Positions 11,989 through 23,594 are shown, counted from the first letter of the stretch. The stretch: DNA of 64,000 bases from Hyalangium gracile (GCF_020103725.1 NZ_JAHXBG010000030.1:36337-100336); one strand, 5' to 3'. Notes: generated from the letters alone by a model not told the origin. Made by a program: numbers and translations.

Positions 11989-14226
11989 TCAGCCCGCCTT
12001 GCGCTTCTTTTCTCGTTTGGACCTGGCCTCGGGAGGCTTGGGAGTCGGGGTTTCCCGGGAGTCTTCCACGGGTGAGGGGAGCGCGGGAGGGGGGGCGGGC
12101 AGGGGCGTACCGTCTGTAGGAGGAGCCTCCACCGCCTGTGGCTCCGCTGGGAGCGCCGGCAGGCGGATGACGAAGGCGCACCCCTCTCCGGGCTTGCTGT
12201 GCACGGAGATGCTGCCCCCGTGGTTCTTGACGATGCGCTGACAGATGGCCAGCCCCAGGCCGGTGCCCTTCTGTTTGGTGGTGAAGAAGGGCACGAAGAT
12301 GTGCTGTTGCTGGTCCAACGGAATGCCGGGCCCGGTGTCGGACACGTGGACCTCGACGAACTCGTTGAGGTTGCCCCGGAACTCGCTGAAGCGGTCCTGC
12401 TTCACGGTGCCCACGGTGATGCGGCCGGGCACCTCGCCGATGGCCTGCACGGCGTTCTGCACCAGGTTGATGAGCACCTGCTTGAGCTGCTCGGCGTCCG
12501 CGTCCACCCGTGGCACGGCCAGGTCCATCTGCACCGCCAGCTCGATCTGCCTGGGCACGTCGTTCTGGATGAGGCGCATGGTGCGCGTCACCACCTCGTT
12601 GAGGTCCGTGGGCCCGAAGCTCTGCTTGAGCGGGCGCGCGTAGTCGAGGAACGCCGTCACCACGCCGTTGAGGCGGTTCACCTCCTCGACGATGACGCCC
12701 AGGAACTCGCCGTCCTCGCCCGGCAGCCGCTTGGGGTCCAGGCACTGCGCCGCGCCCTTGATGGCGCCCAGCGGGTTGCGGATCTCGTGCGCCAGGCCCG
12801 CCGCCATCTCGCCCAGGGCCGCCAGGCGGTCGCGCTCGCGGATCTTCTCGTACAGCTTGGAGTTCTCCAGCACCGTGGCCACGCGCTCGGCCACCGAGAG
12901 GATGAGGGCGATCTCGTCCGAGGCGTACGCCTCCGGCACGCGCTCGTCCCACAGGTTCAGGAAGCCGATGACGCGATCGTTGCCCACCAGCGGCACGGAG
13001 ATGCCGGACTTCATCTGCTTGAGCGCCGAGCGCGTGTCCTGCAGGCGCTTGATCTCGTCGCGGAAGCGCTTGCCCTCGGTGGCCTGCACCCGCAGGGCGG
13101 TGAGCCGGTGCTCCACGTTCTCCAGCAGCACGGCCTTCTGCCCGCTGGCGGCCGCCAGCAGCAGTCCACGCGCCGCGGCCGTGTCCAGGAAGCCCTCGGG
13201 CGGAGGGCCACGCGAGTCCAGCAGCCGGTAGCCGGGCCTGTCCTCGGCCAGCATGTACACGGAGGTGTGGGTGACACGGCCCGTCTCGTGGAGCGCGTCC
13301 AGCAGCAGCCGCGTGACTTCGGAGATGTCGATGACGGTGGCCATGCGCGCCCGGAGCGCTCCCAGCACGCGCAGCAGCTCGAAGCGCTCGCGGAAGAAGA
13401 TCGCCACCACGCGCTCCTCCACCTTCACCCTCAGCGGCTCCATGAGGATGATGATGACGAAGGCGGCCACCACCGTGGTGAAGACGTAGAGCCCCGTCTT
13501 CTCCTTCACCCAGACGGTGAGCACCATGAAGACGGCCGCCAGGATGGAGGCCAGCACCGTCTGCGAGGCGATCTTCCCCAGCAGCTCGTGCAGGTCCATC
13601 AGCCGCAGCCGCAGCAGCGTCTCCCGGAGGAAGAAGAGGTAGAGCGTGGAGAAGATGGGCCCCAGCGGCAGCAGGGGGATGTCGTAGCGCCGGCCGATCA
13701 AGTCCAGCGCCGTCAGCAGGATGGAGGCCCCCGCGCCGATGGCCAGGTACATGAGCCGCAGCCGCTCGATGCGCGACTCCTCGGTGCGAACCCGGTTCAG
13801 CAGCAGGCTCACCGAGGTGAGCAGGGTGACCAGCACCCACATGCCGGTGGCCACCCGCGCCCAGCCCGTCTGCGCCAGCGGCGTCACCGCGACGGCCAGC
13901 CCGAGCACGCTCGACAGCACGCCCAGCCGCCGGCCGAGCAGGTGCGTGCCCTTGCTGACGCCCAGGAACTCCAGGAAGAAGGAGACCGCCGTGCCGGGCA
14001 CCAGGGAGGCGAGCAGGATGGTGGCGCCCACGGCGATTCTGGACAGCCAGCCCGGCTCGGGGAAGATGCCCGCGAAGAAGAGTGCGAGGTAGTACCCCGC
14101 CACCGTAAGGGCGAAGACGGAATACAGCGTCCCCACCCGGGGCCTGCCTGGCCGGAGGAGCATCGACAGCGCAAGCGCCAGGCCGATGATCGACGCGAAC
14201 AGCGCGCTGAGGGTCCGGATGTCCAT
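11989..14226 (-). CDS. sensor histidine kinase: multi-TM N-terminal domain, GAF, HisKA, HATPase_c, Pro-rich tail
   Basis: About seven N-terminal hydrophobic helices; GAF-like segment; H-box LAHEIRNPL; N, G1 and G2 boxes; C-terminal Pro/Ala-rich tail. Confidence 0.85.
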   Translation of the reverse strand: MDIRTLSALFASIIGLALALSMLLRPGRPRVGTLYSVFALTVAGYYLALFFAGIFPEPGWLSRIAVGATILLASLVPGTAVSFFLEFLGVSKGTHLLGRRLGVLSSVLGLAVAVTPLAQTGWARVATGMWVLVTLLTSVSLLLNRVRTEESRIERLRLMYLAIGAGASILLTALDLIGRRYDIPLLPLGPIFSTLYLFFLRETLLRLRLMDLHELLGKIASQTVLASILAAVFMVLTVWVKEKTGLYVFTTVVAAFVIIILMEPLRVKVEERVVAIFFRERFELLRVLGALRARMATVIDISEVTRLLLDALHETGRVTHTSVYMLAEDRPGYRLLDSRGPPPEGFLDTAAARGLLLAAASGQKAVLLENVEHRLTALRVQATEGKRFRDEIKRLQDTRSALKQMKSGISVPLVGNDRVIGFLNLWDERVPEAYASDEIALILSVAERVATVLENSKLYEKIRERDRLAALGEMAAGLAHEIRNPLGAIKGAAQCLDPKRLPGEDGEFLGVIVEEVNRLNGVVTAFLDYARPLKQSFGPTDLNEVVTRTMRLIQNDVPRQIELAVQMDLAVPRVDADAEQLKQVLINLVQNAVQAIGEVPGRITVGTVKQDRFSEFRGNLNEFVEVHVSDTGPGIPLDQQQHIFVPFFTTKQKGTGLGLAICQRIVKNHGGSISVHSKPGEGCAFVIRLPALPAEPQAVEAPPTDGTPLPAPPPALPSPVEDSRETPTPKPPEARSKREKKRKAG

Positions 14227-14334
14227 GTTCGAGCGGACAGTCTAACCTGTGTTCACGTCCGGAAATTTTTAGACTGTCTCCCGTTGTCCTCGGGCGTGCC
14301 CGAGCGCATCCACCAGGGCCAACCGCCCGCCCCC

Positions 14335-16749
14335 ATGAAATCCGCCCTTTCGCTGATTGCCCTCGTCTCCTTCGCCACGCTGGCCTCCGCGCAGCAGGTG
14401 GCCTCCGAGCCTACCCACGCGCCGCAGCCCCGGACCGATGGCGCCCCTACCGAGGCCCAGCTCACGCCTCCGCCGGACGCGGAGAAGGAGCCGCTGCCCG
14501 ACGGCTATGTGGAGATCTTCAACCCCGCCTTCCCGTCGCCCGTGGTGGAGGCGCCTCGCAAGCCCGCCCCCGTCGTGAAGGTGGAGCTGGGCAAGGCCTA
14601 CGGCCTGGAGGATCTGACGCCCTACTTCGCCGAGGGGAAGAAGAAGGAGGCCAAGGCCGCCTTCGATCGCGGCTTCTACCTCAAGGCCCGCGAGCTGCTG
14701 CAGGGCGAGGGGGACTCGCCGCCGGTGCGCTACCTGCGCGCGCTGAGCGCCGTGCGCGCCGGGGATGACACCCGCGCGGCCGCGGAGATGGCGGCGCTGG
14801 CGGACGACTACCCGGCCCTGAAGGACAGGTGCCTGACGCACGCGGGCGTGGCGCTGGAGGATCTCGGCCGGTACGACGAGGCGGCGAAGCTGCTCGGCGC
14901 GGTGTCGGAGGACTCGAAGATGTACGTGGACGCCCGCCTGACGCTGGGCCGCGTGCTGCGCAAGAAGAAGGACTACGACGGGGCCATCGCCGCGCTCTCG
15001 CCGCTGGCGAACCGCCCCGCGCCGCTGTTCGGCCGCAACGTGGGCGCCGAGGCCCTCATCGGCATCGCCGACATCGCCGCGGAGAAGAAGGACAAGACGC
15101 GCGAGCGCGAGGCGCTGTGGCGGCTGTGGTCGCTGTACCCGCTCTCTCCGCTGACGAAGCAGGCGGACCGTCGCCTCAAGGGCATGAAGCCGCCGGTGGA
15201 GGCCCAGGTGGCGCGCGCCGAGCAGCTCATCGAGCTGCACCGCAACAAGCAGGGGCTCACGGTGCTGGAGCCGCTGCTGCCCACGCTGAAGCTGCCCGAG
15301 CCCATCGCCTGCCGCGCGCACTTCGCCTACGGCAAGGGCCAGCGCAAGGAGCGAAACCACACCAAGGCCATCGCCACGCTCACCCCGGTGGTGGAGCAGT
15401 GCCAGGACGCGGACCTGCTGCCGCGCGCCATGTACGTGCTGGGCTCCTCGCGCTCCATCGTGGACCAGAAGCGCGGGACGCAGACGTACGAGCGGCTCGC
15501 CAAGGAGTTCCCCGGCCACTCCTTCGCCGACGACGCGCTCTTCTACGCGGCGGACCTGTACGTGAAGACGGGCCAGCCGGAGCAGGCCGCGCTGCGGCTC
15601 GAGGAGCTGGCGAAGAACTACCCGCAGGGAGACTTCCTGGGCGAGGCGCTCTTCAAGTCCTTCTGGATCGCGCGCACCTCGAAGGCGGCCGATGGCGGGC
15701 TGGCGATCCTGGACCTGATCGAGCAGCGCTTCGCCGACGCGGACGAGACGTATGACGTGGAGCGGGCGCGCTACTGGCGGGCTCGGACGCTGCAGGAGCG
15801 CGGCCAGCTGGAGGGCGCGGAGGCCATCTTCGAGAAGCTCGCGCTGGAGCACCCGGCCACCTACTACGGGCTGATGGCGCGCGCGCAGCTGGGCGAGGTG
15901 GACAAGGAGCGCCTGGAGCGCATCGCGCCGCAGCTGGTGTTCACCGCGGAGACGGCCAGCCCGTGGCCCATGCACACCGGGCCCATCATGGAGAAGGATC
16001 CGCACTTCCTGGCCGGCGTGGAGCTGCTGCGCATGGGCTTCCCGGAGGCCGTGTCCTCCGAGCTGCTGGCCGTCAACCGCAACGGCCTGCCCGCCGAGTC
16101 CGCACGGCTGATCGTCCACCTGCTGTCCATGGCCGGGGACGAGCGCGCCGCGCACGCCGTGGCCCGCGTGGCGCTGCGTCGCGACTTGAGCGGTCGCATC
16201 ACCCCGCGCACCCGTCCGGTGTGGGAGATCGCCTATCCGAACGCGTACCGGGAGATGATCGAGAAGCACACCAAGGACGCCGGGGTGGAGCCGGATCTGC
16301 TCCAGGCGCTGATGCGCGAGGAGAGCGCGCTGGATCCCAAGGCGCTGTCCTGGGCCGGAGCGCTGGGGCTCACCCAGCTCATGCCGGCCACGGCGAAGTC
16401 GGTGGCCGCGCAGCTGAAGATCAAGCGCTTCCGCGTCGAGTCCCTGCTGGAGCCGGACCTCAACATCCGCCTGGGCGCGCACTACCTGGGAGAGCTCATC
16501 CGGAAGTTCGACGGCAACACCCCGTACGCGGTGGGCAGCTACAACGCGGGCTCCGGCGCCATCAACCGCTGGCGCTCCGAGCGCAAGGGCATGCCGCTGG
16601 ATGCGTGGGTGGAGGAGGTGCCGATCGCCGAGACGCGCGGCTACATCAAGCGCGTGCTGCGCTCCTACAACACCTACCAGCTCCTCTATGGTCGGACCGG
16701 CAAGGTCCCCATGGTCAAGTCCGCCGGGCTGTTGCCGGCGAAGCGCTGA
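14335..16749 (+). CDS. soluble lytic murein transglycosylase (Slt-like; TPR superhelix plus SLT domain)
   Basis: Signal peptide MKSALSLIALVSFATLASA; TPR-like superhelical region; C-terminal SLT catalytic domain (EESALDPKALSWAGALGLTQLMP...YNAGSG). Confidence 0.85.
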   Translation: MKSALSLIALVSFATLASAQQVASEPTHAPQPRTDGAPTEAQLTPPPDAEKEPLPDGYVEIFNPAFPSPVVEAPRKPAPVVKVELGKAYGLEDLTPYFAEGKKKEAKAAFDRGFYLKARELLQGEGDSPPVRYLRALSAVRAGDDTRAAAEMAALADDYPALKDRCLTHAGVALEDLGRYDEAAKLLGAVSEDSKMYVDARLTLGRVLRKKKDYDGAIAALSPLANRPAPLFGRNVGAEALIGIADIAAEKKDKTREREALWRLWSLYPLSPLTKQADRRLKGMKPPVEAQVARAEQLIELHRNKQGLTVLEPLLPTLKLPEPIACRAHFAYGKGQRKERNHTKAIATLTPVVEQCQDADLLPRAMYVLGSSRSIVDQKRGTQTYERLAKEFPGHSFADDALFYAADLYVKTGQPEQAALRLEELAKNYPQGDFLGEALFKSFWIARTSKAADGGLAILDLIEQRFADADETYDVERARYWRARTLQERGQLEGAEAIFEKLALEHPATYYGLMARAQLGEVDKERLERIAPQLVFTAETASPWPMHTGPIMEKDPHFLAGVELLRMGFPEAVSSELLAVNRNGLPAESARLIVHLLSMAGDERAAHAVARVALRRDLSGRITPRTRPVWEIAYPNAYREMIEKHTKDAGVEPDLLQALMREESALDPKALSWAGALGLTQLMPATAKSVAAQLKIKRFRVESLLEPDLNIRLGAHYLGELIRKFDGNTPYAVGSYNAGSGAINRWRSERKGMPLDAWVEEVPIAETRGYIKRVLRSYNTYQLLYGRTGKVPMVKSAGLLPAKR

Positions 16750-16869
16750 GGCACACACTTCGAGGGGCCTGGTCGCCGACTTCGGCCGAACTGGTCTGCT
16801 GGTAGGACCAGTTGGTACGCCGCTCGCGCCGGCTGGCGCCCGGCTCCCGGGTCTCCTAGACTCGGGGGC

Positions 16870-18266
<1,397 letters not shown>

Positions 18267-18270
<4 letters not shown>

Positions 18271-18860
18271 TCGAAAGCGCCGTCCTGGTCCTCAACCGGA
18301 ACTACCAACCGGTCCACGTCACCTCGGTGAAGCGAGCCTTCTCGCTGCTGTACCAGGGCGTGGCCAAAGCCATCGACGCCCAGTACAAGCTCTACGAGTT
18401 CGAGGACTGGGCCGCCCTGAGCGCCACGCACGACTGCATCACCACGGTGAACCGCTCCATCCGAGTGCCGCGCGTGCTGGTGCTCTCCGCGTACGAGTAC
18501 CTGCCCAAGGGTCGCGTGCGCTTCTCTCGCCTCAACATCTACGCGCGCGACGCGGACACCTGCCAGTACTGCGGGCGGACCCTCCCGCGCTCGGAGCTGA
18601 ACCTGGATCACGTGCTGCCCAGGTGCGAGGGCGGCAAGACGACGTGGGAGAACGTCGTCTGCTCCTGCGTGCCCTGCAACCTGAGGAAGGGCGGGCGCAC
18701 TCCCGAGCAGGCCGGCATGAAGCTCCTGCGTAAACCTTTCCGTCCCCGGTGGACGCCGCTGTTCCGCGGCGCCATCCGGCGCGTCACCTACCGCGAGTGG
18801 CTTCCGTTCCTGCGAGTGGAGGATGCCTCGTACTGGAACGTCGAACTGCTCGACGAGTAG
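18267..18860 (+). CDS. HNH endonuclease
   Basis: HNH motif (CQYCGR...LNLDHVLPRCEGGKTTWENVVCSCVPCNLRKG). The ATG overlaps the selA stop codon as ATGA. Confidence 0.8.
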
Positions 18861-19008
18861 CGCCCTGTCTCCCCGCAGCCTGGCGCCTGGCCGGCTGTGG
18901 CCGATTCCGGACTGATGGAGTCCCCCCTGGCGCACGGGTGTCCGTGCGCAGGAGTCCGGACCGGGGCGCGCCTTCCTTGGCGGACCGCCCCCAGGGAAGG
19001 GGAGACAC

Positions 19009-20682
19009 GTGAGAGAGGCAAACCGTCTGCTGTTGTTGGGCGCGCTCGCGGTGGCGTTCAGCATCGTGGGGTGTGACTGCGGGGGAGATGATCCGCCGCC
19101 CGAAGAGACCCCCGATGGAGGGAGCCAGACGGATGGAGGCGTGCTCCCGGTCCCCGACGCGGGGCCCGGCTCGGAGTGTCTGCTCGAGGGGGCCACGTGC
19201 AGCCGCACCTCCGGCAACCAGTGCTGTACCGGCGTGTGCGGGGACGACGGGCGCTGTCCGCCTCCCAATATCCTGTGCCGCAGCGCGGGCGAGGCCTGCC
19301 AGACGGGCGGCGACTGCTGCACCAACATCTGTGAGAACGGCACCTGCGCCACCAACCTGTGCCGCGACGTGGGCCAGGCGTGCACCGGCGCCGAGCAGTG
19401 CTGCACCAAGGTCTGCACCAACGGCACGTGCGCGGACATCCCCGGCAGCTCCTCCCAGTGCAAGGTGCTGGGCCAGGCCTGCGGGGCGGACTCCGACTGC
19501 TGCTCCACCAACTGCCAGGGCGGCCTGTGCACCCGCGCCTATACCTGCAAGGGCTACGGGGACGTGTGCCAGACCAACGCGGAGTGCTGCGGCAACGCGT
19601 GCTCGGCGCCTCCGGGCGGCGTGGGCCGCTGCGAGTTCGTCACCGGCGGTGGCGGTGGCGGGTGCCGGCAGGACGGCAACCCGTGCTCGGATCCGTCCAC
19701 GTGCTGCTCGCGCACCTGCGTGGATCTGGGCTACGGCGCAACGGTCTGCCAGCCCGTGGGTGGCTGCAAGCTCACCGGCAACTTTTGCGGCGACAACGAC
19801 GACTGCTGCGGCGGCGGCGTGAACCCCAACGGCTCGGTGAGGTGCGCCGGCGGCCGGTGCGACAACGGCAGCGCCTGCAACGGCGTGGGCAACATCTGTG
19901 GCTCCGGCAAGCTGCCTGACGGTGGCACCACGGACATCAACGCCTCGCAGAACTGCTGCGACGGCAAGAAGGCCGTGTGCAAGGTGGACTCGTCCGGCGT
20001 GCCGCGCTGCTTCGGCGGCGGCCAGATCACGGGCTGCAACGAGGGCTACACCGGGACGCCGCCGTGCTGCATCCAGGACAACCAGACGTGCCAGTTCTCC
20101 GATCAGTGCTGCAACGGCGCCCTGTGCCTGCCCAACGGCAGCGGGACGCTGTCCTGCCAGCGGCCAACGTGCTCTCCGCTGGGCTCGTCCTGCCAGAAGG
20201 GCGCGGACGGGGGCTCGGCGTGCTGCGCCGGCACGGAGTGCCGGGCGACGGACGAGGTCAACTTCGCCTGCCAGGCGCCCAGGCCGCCCACCGGGGGCAC
20301 GGATGGCGGCACGGCCGGCCCGGATGGCGGCTCGGGGACGCCGGACGCGGGGCCGACGTGCAAGGCCAACGAGACGGCCTGCACCTCGCCCTCCCAGTGC
20401 TGCTCGGGCATCTGCACGGGCGGTCTGTGCAAGCCGCCCTCCCTGTGCCAGCCGCAGAGCGGGGCCTGCACCTCGGGGGCGGACTGCTGCCAGGGCCTGC
20501 GCTGCGAGGTGCCCAACGGGGCCACCACGGGCTCCTGCCAGCCGGGCGCTACCTGCTCGGCCAGCGGCCAGGCGTGCTCCACCACCAGCCCCTGCTGCGC
20601 CGGGCTGAACTGCCTGGGAGAGAACACCGGCAATACGTGTAATGGCTCGGAGCCCTGTGTCTGCACGGTGATCATCCTGTAG
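19009..20682 (+). CDS. Cys-rich repeat lipoprotein (about 12 tandem six-cysteine modules)
   Basis: Lipobox FSIVGC; repeated pattern C-x3-G-x2-C-x5-6-CC-x3-C-x3-5-C (for example CRSAGEACQTGGDCCTNICENGTC). Confidence 0.75.
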   Translation: MREANRLLLLGALAVAFSIVGCDCGGDDPPPEETPDGGSQTDGGVLPVPDAGPGSECLLEGATCSRTSGNQCCTGVCGDDGRCPPPNILCRSAGEACQTGGDCCTNICENGTCATNLCRDVGQACTGAEQCCTKVCTNGTCADIPGSSSQCKVLGQACGADSDCCSTNCQGGLCTRAYTCKGYGDVCQTNAECCGNACSAPPGGVGRCEFVTGGGGGGCRQDGNPCSDPSTCCSRTCVDLGYGATVCQPVGGCKLTGNFCGDNDDCCGGGVNPNGSVRCAGGRCDNGSACNGVGNICGSGKLPDGGTTDINASQNCCDGKKAVCKVDSSGVPRCFGGGQITGCNEGYTGTPPCCIQDNQTCQFSDQCCNGALCLPNGSGTLSCQRPTCSPLGSSCQKGADGGSACCAGTECRATDEVNFACQAPRPPTGGTDGGTAGPDGGSGTPDAGPTCKANETACTSPSQCCSGICTGGLCKPPSLCQPQSGACTSGADCCQGLRCEVPNGATTGSCQPGATCSASGQACSTTSPCCAGLNCLGENTGNTCNGSEPCVCTVIIL

Positions 20683-20733
20683 CGGGGTCAGGGAGTCGAC
20701 GCGGAGGGCAGGACGGGTTTTGATGCGGGCGCT

Positions 20734-21738
20734 TTGAAGCCCGCACCTTCCGCCACCGCGTCGATCACCCCTGTTCCCTCTCCGAGTGCCGGTCCGCCCG
20801 GACTCTCCAAGCGCGCCCGTCCGCGGCGAGTCATCGCCGTGGGCGGCGGCAAGGGGGGGATCGGCAAGACGCTCGTCTCGGCCAACCTCGGGGTGGCCCT
20901 GGCCCAGGCCGGCATGCGCGTGCTGCTGGTGGATGCCGATCTGGGCGGGGCCAACCTGCACACCTGCCTCGGGGTAGGTCAGCCCAGCGCCACGCTGTCG
21001 GACTTCGTCCGCAACAGCAAGGTGGCCATCGAGAACATCATCATCCCCACGGGCGTGCCGCAGCTGTCGCTGATCGCCGGCGCGCAGGACGTGCTGGACG
21101 CGGCCAACATCAAGTACGCGCAGAAGCAGAAGCTGCTGCGCACGCTGCTGGCCCAGCCGGTGGACTACCTGCTGCTGGATCTGGGCGCCGGCACCAGCTT
21201 CAACACCCTGGACTTCTTCCTGGTGGCGGACCACGGCGTGCTGGTGGTGCTGCCGGAGCCCACCGCGGTGGAGAACGCGTACCGCTTCGTGAAGGCGGCC
21301 TTCTTCCGCCGGCTCCAGCAGGTGGAGGCCCAGTACGGCATCGAGGATCTCGTGGAGAGCGCCCTCACCACGCGCGAGGGAGCGCTGCGCACGCCGCACG
21401 ACTTCATCGCCCAGGTGCGCCAGCAGGATCCGGCGGCGGGGGCGCGGCTGGAGCGGGATCTGCAGTCGTTCCGCATCCGCCTGGTGGTGAACCAGGCCCG
21501 CACGGACGCGGACATGAACGTGGGCACCGCCGTGGTGTCCGCGTGGAAGAAGTTCTTCGGCCTGGAGATGGATGATCTGGGGGCCATTCGTTACGACGAC
21601 GAGGCGTGGCGCGCGGTGCGCAAGCGCCGGCCCGTGCTCCTGGAGCGGCCCGACTCGCCCGCCGCCCTGAGCCTCCAGCGCATCGCCGGGCGTATCCTGA
21701 CCATCGACGGTAACGGCAGCGGTTCCTCCACACCATGA
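20734..21738 (+). CDS. ParA/MinD family P-loop ATPase
   Basis: Deviant Walker A (GGGKGGIGKT) and the overall ParA/MinD fold. The N-terminal about 30 residues are Pro/Ser-rich, so the true start may be further downstream. Confidence 0.8.
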   Translation: MKPAPSATASITPVPSPSAGPPGLSKRARPRRVIAVGGGKGGIGKTLVSANLGVALAQAGMRVLLVDADLGGANLHTCLGVGQPSATLSDFVRNSKVAIENIIIPTGVPQLSLIAGAQDVLDAANIKYAQKQKLLRTLLAQPVDYLLLDLGAGTSFNTLDFFLVADHGVLVVLPEPTAVENAYRFVKAAFFRRLQQVEAQYGIEDLVESALTTREGALRTPHDFIAQVRQQDPAAGARLERDLQSFRIRLVVNQARTDADMNVGTAVVSAWKKFFGLEMDDLGAIRYDDEAWRAVRKRRPVLLERPDSPAALSLQRIAGRILTIDGNGSGSSTP

Positions 21739-23516
21739 AGCCCTTCGAGCAGCAGACCTACTACGAGCTCCTCGAGATCCCCGTCACCGCACCGGAGGCG
21801 GAGATCCGCGCGGCCTATGCGCGCGCGATCGAGACGTACTCGCCCGACTCCGTCGCGGTGTACACGCTGGTGGACCCGGGGCAGATCGACGCCCTGCGCG
21901 CCCGCCTCACCGAGGCGATGGAGATCCTCACCGAGCCGGACCTGCGCGCCGAGTACGATCGGATGATCGGCGTGAGCTCCGGCGCGAGCGCCGTGGTGAC
22001 CCTGGCGCCCGCGCTGGCGGCGGCCGCCCAGGCCTCCTCGCCCCAGGACTCGGCCCCATCCAAGTCCTCCTCCAAAGCCCCCGCGAGCGCGCCGGCTTCC
22101 GCTCCCGCGGCGACGCCTCCCTCGAGCGAGGCGCGCGCTGAGTCGGTTCCTACGGCCGCGGCGCCGGTGCCTGCTCCAGCGCCTGCCGCGCCCGAGCCGT
22201 CTGCTCCGGCGGTGGCTGCTGCCGCGCCCGAGGCTCCGACCGCTCCCGCTCCAGCGGCTGCGTCCCCGGCGACCGCTCCCACCGTCACCCAGGCGCCGGA
22301 ACCGGCCGCGCCCCCGCCGGCGGCGGCCCCCACGGCGACTCCCGCGGAGCCCGCCCCCGCCCAGAAGGGCACGGAGGCCGAGCCACCCCCCGCCATGCCC
22401 ATCGCGCCTCCCGGGCAGTTCGTGCTCCCGGGCGGGGTGACGCCGAGCCAGATCCACGCGGCGTTCCGCAGCTACGCCATCTCCTACGTGCCGGTCCTGG
22501 TGCCTGCGCCTTCGCTGTCCACGGGCTCCGCGTTCTTCTCTCCGTTCTCGCCCCCGGCGCAGACGGAGGCGCCTCCGCCCGCGCCGGAGGTGGCTCAGGC
22601 GAAGGCTGCCGCGCCATCGGCTCCTGCCGCGCCACCCGCTCCAGAGGCCCCTGCCTCCCAGGCTCCGACGCCTGCCACCGAGCCGGCCGAGGCCGCTCCT
22701 CGGACCCCGAGCGTTGCCGCGCCCGTGGCCAGCGCTCCTATCGCCGAGCCTTCCCCGGCCCCCTCGGCTCCTGCCGCCGCGGCGGAGCCCCTGCCCGTCC
22801 CGCCCGCGCAGGCGGCCGCCGAGCCTCCGCGCGCTCCGGAGCCCACGCCCCCGCCCGCGCAGGCCGCCCCCGAGCCGTCTGCTCCCGTGGTCGTGCACCA
22901 CGACGACGACGAGGTCTCCGGCATGCGCGCGCCGATGCCGAAGCCTGGAGAGGGCCCGTCCGCCGCCAGGCCGGCCACTGCGCCGCACGCCCAGCCGGGG
23001 CGGCCCGGCAGAACCTTCGTCACGCCTCCGCCGCTGCCTCTGGGAGGCCGCCGTTCCCACCGCCCGTCGCCCACGGAGCCGCCGGCGGCCACGGCCGCTG
23101 ACGCAGGCAAGGGGAGTGCTCGCCCGGCGCATGCCGCGGGCACGAGCCTGGATGAAGCCCAGCAGCTCGCCCAGGAGTCCGCGATCGCGACGGCCGAGGC
23201 CGCGCTCGCCCAGGTGGCGGCGAAGGCGCGCGAGCCCAGGCCCAAGCCCGTCGAGCTGCCGCCCAACACCGAGTTCAACGGCGAGCTGCTGCGGCGGGTG
23301 CGCGAGAGCCGCAACCTGTCCCTCGCCCAGCTGGCCGAGCGCACGCGCATCTCCTCCAAGCACCTGGAGAACGTGGAAGCCGACCGCTACGCCGCGCTCC
23401 CGGCCACGGTGTACCTGCGCGGCATCCTCATGAACATCGCGCGTGAGCTCGGGCTGGATCCGCTCCGAGTGTCGAGGAGTTATCTGGCCCTGGCCGCGGA
23501 TCCGAAGAAGAAGTGA
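21735..23516 (+). CDS. J-domain-like protein with a long Pro/Ala low-complexity region and a C-terminal HTH (XRE/RodZ-like) domain
   Basis: N-terminal YYELLEIPVTAPEAEIRAAYAR resembles a J-domain. About 350 residues are P/A/S-rich. The C-terminus carries an HTH (LLRRVRESRNLSLAQLAERTRISSKHLENVE). Start overlaps the ParA stop codon. Confidence 0.6.
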   Translation: MKPFEQQTYYELLEIPVTAPEAEIRAAYARAIETYSPDSVAVYTLVDPGQIDALRARLTEAMEILTEPDLRAEYDRMIGVSSGASAVVTLAPALAAAAQASSPQDSAPSKSSSKAPASAPASAPAATPPSSEARAESVPTAAAPVPAPAPAAPEPSAPAVAAAAPEAPTAPAPAAASPATAPTVTQAPEPAAPPPAAAPTATPAEPAPAQKGTEAEPPPAMPIAPPGQFVLPGGVTPSQIHAAFRSYAISYVPVLVPAPSLSTGSAFFSPFSPPAQTEAPPPAPEVAQAKAAAPSAPAAPPAPEAPASQAPTPATEPAEAAPRTPSVAAPVASAPIAEPSPAPSAPAAAAEPLPVPPAQAAAEPPRAPEPTPPPAQAAPEPSAPVVVHHDDDEVSGMRAPMPKPGEGPSAARPATAPHAQPGRPGRTFVTPPPLPLGGRRSHRPSPTEPPAATAADAGKGSARPAHAAGTSLDEAQQLAQESAIATAEAALAQVAAKAREPRPKPVELPPNTEFNGELLRRVRESRNLSLAQLAERTRISSKHLENVEADRYAALPATVYLRGILMNIARELGLDPLRVSRSYLALAADPKKK

Positions 23517-23594
23517 GACGCCCACACCTGCGGTGAAGTAGGACGTGGAAGCAATGTTGACTCCCCGCATTGCCGTGCATATGAAAGAAGTGCA

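Noticed and set aside
12199-16749. 1516 aa + strand ORF
   Set aside because: Artefact. The genuine gene is the Slt-like protein from 14335. The upstream part is antisense to the histidine kinase.
16750-16869. Possible tRNA or ncRNA in the gap before selA
   Set aside because: No cloverleaf-compatible sequence or conserved T-loop (GTTCRANYC) could be recognised by eye.
18784-21399. 871 aa - strand ORF
   Set aside because: Antisense to the Cys-rich lipoprotein and ParA genes. Ala/Arg/Gly low-complexity translation.
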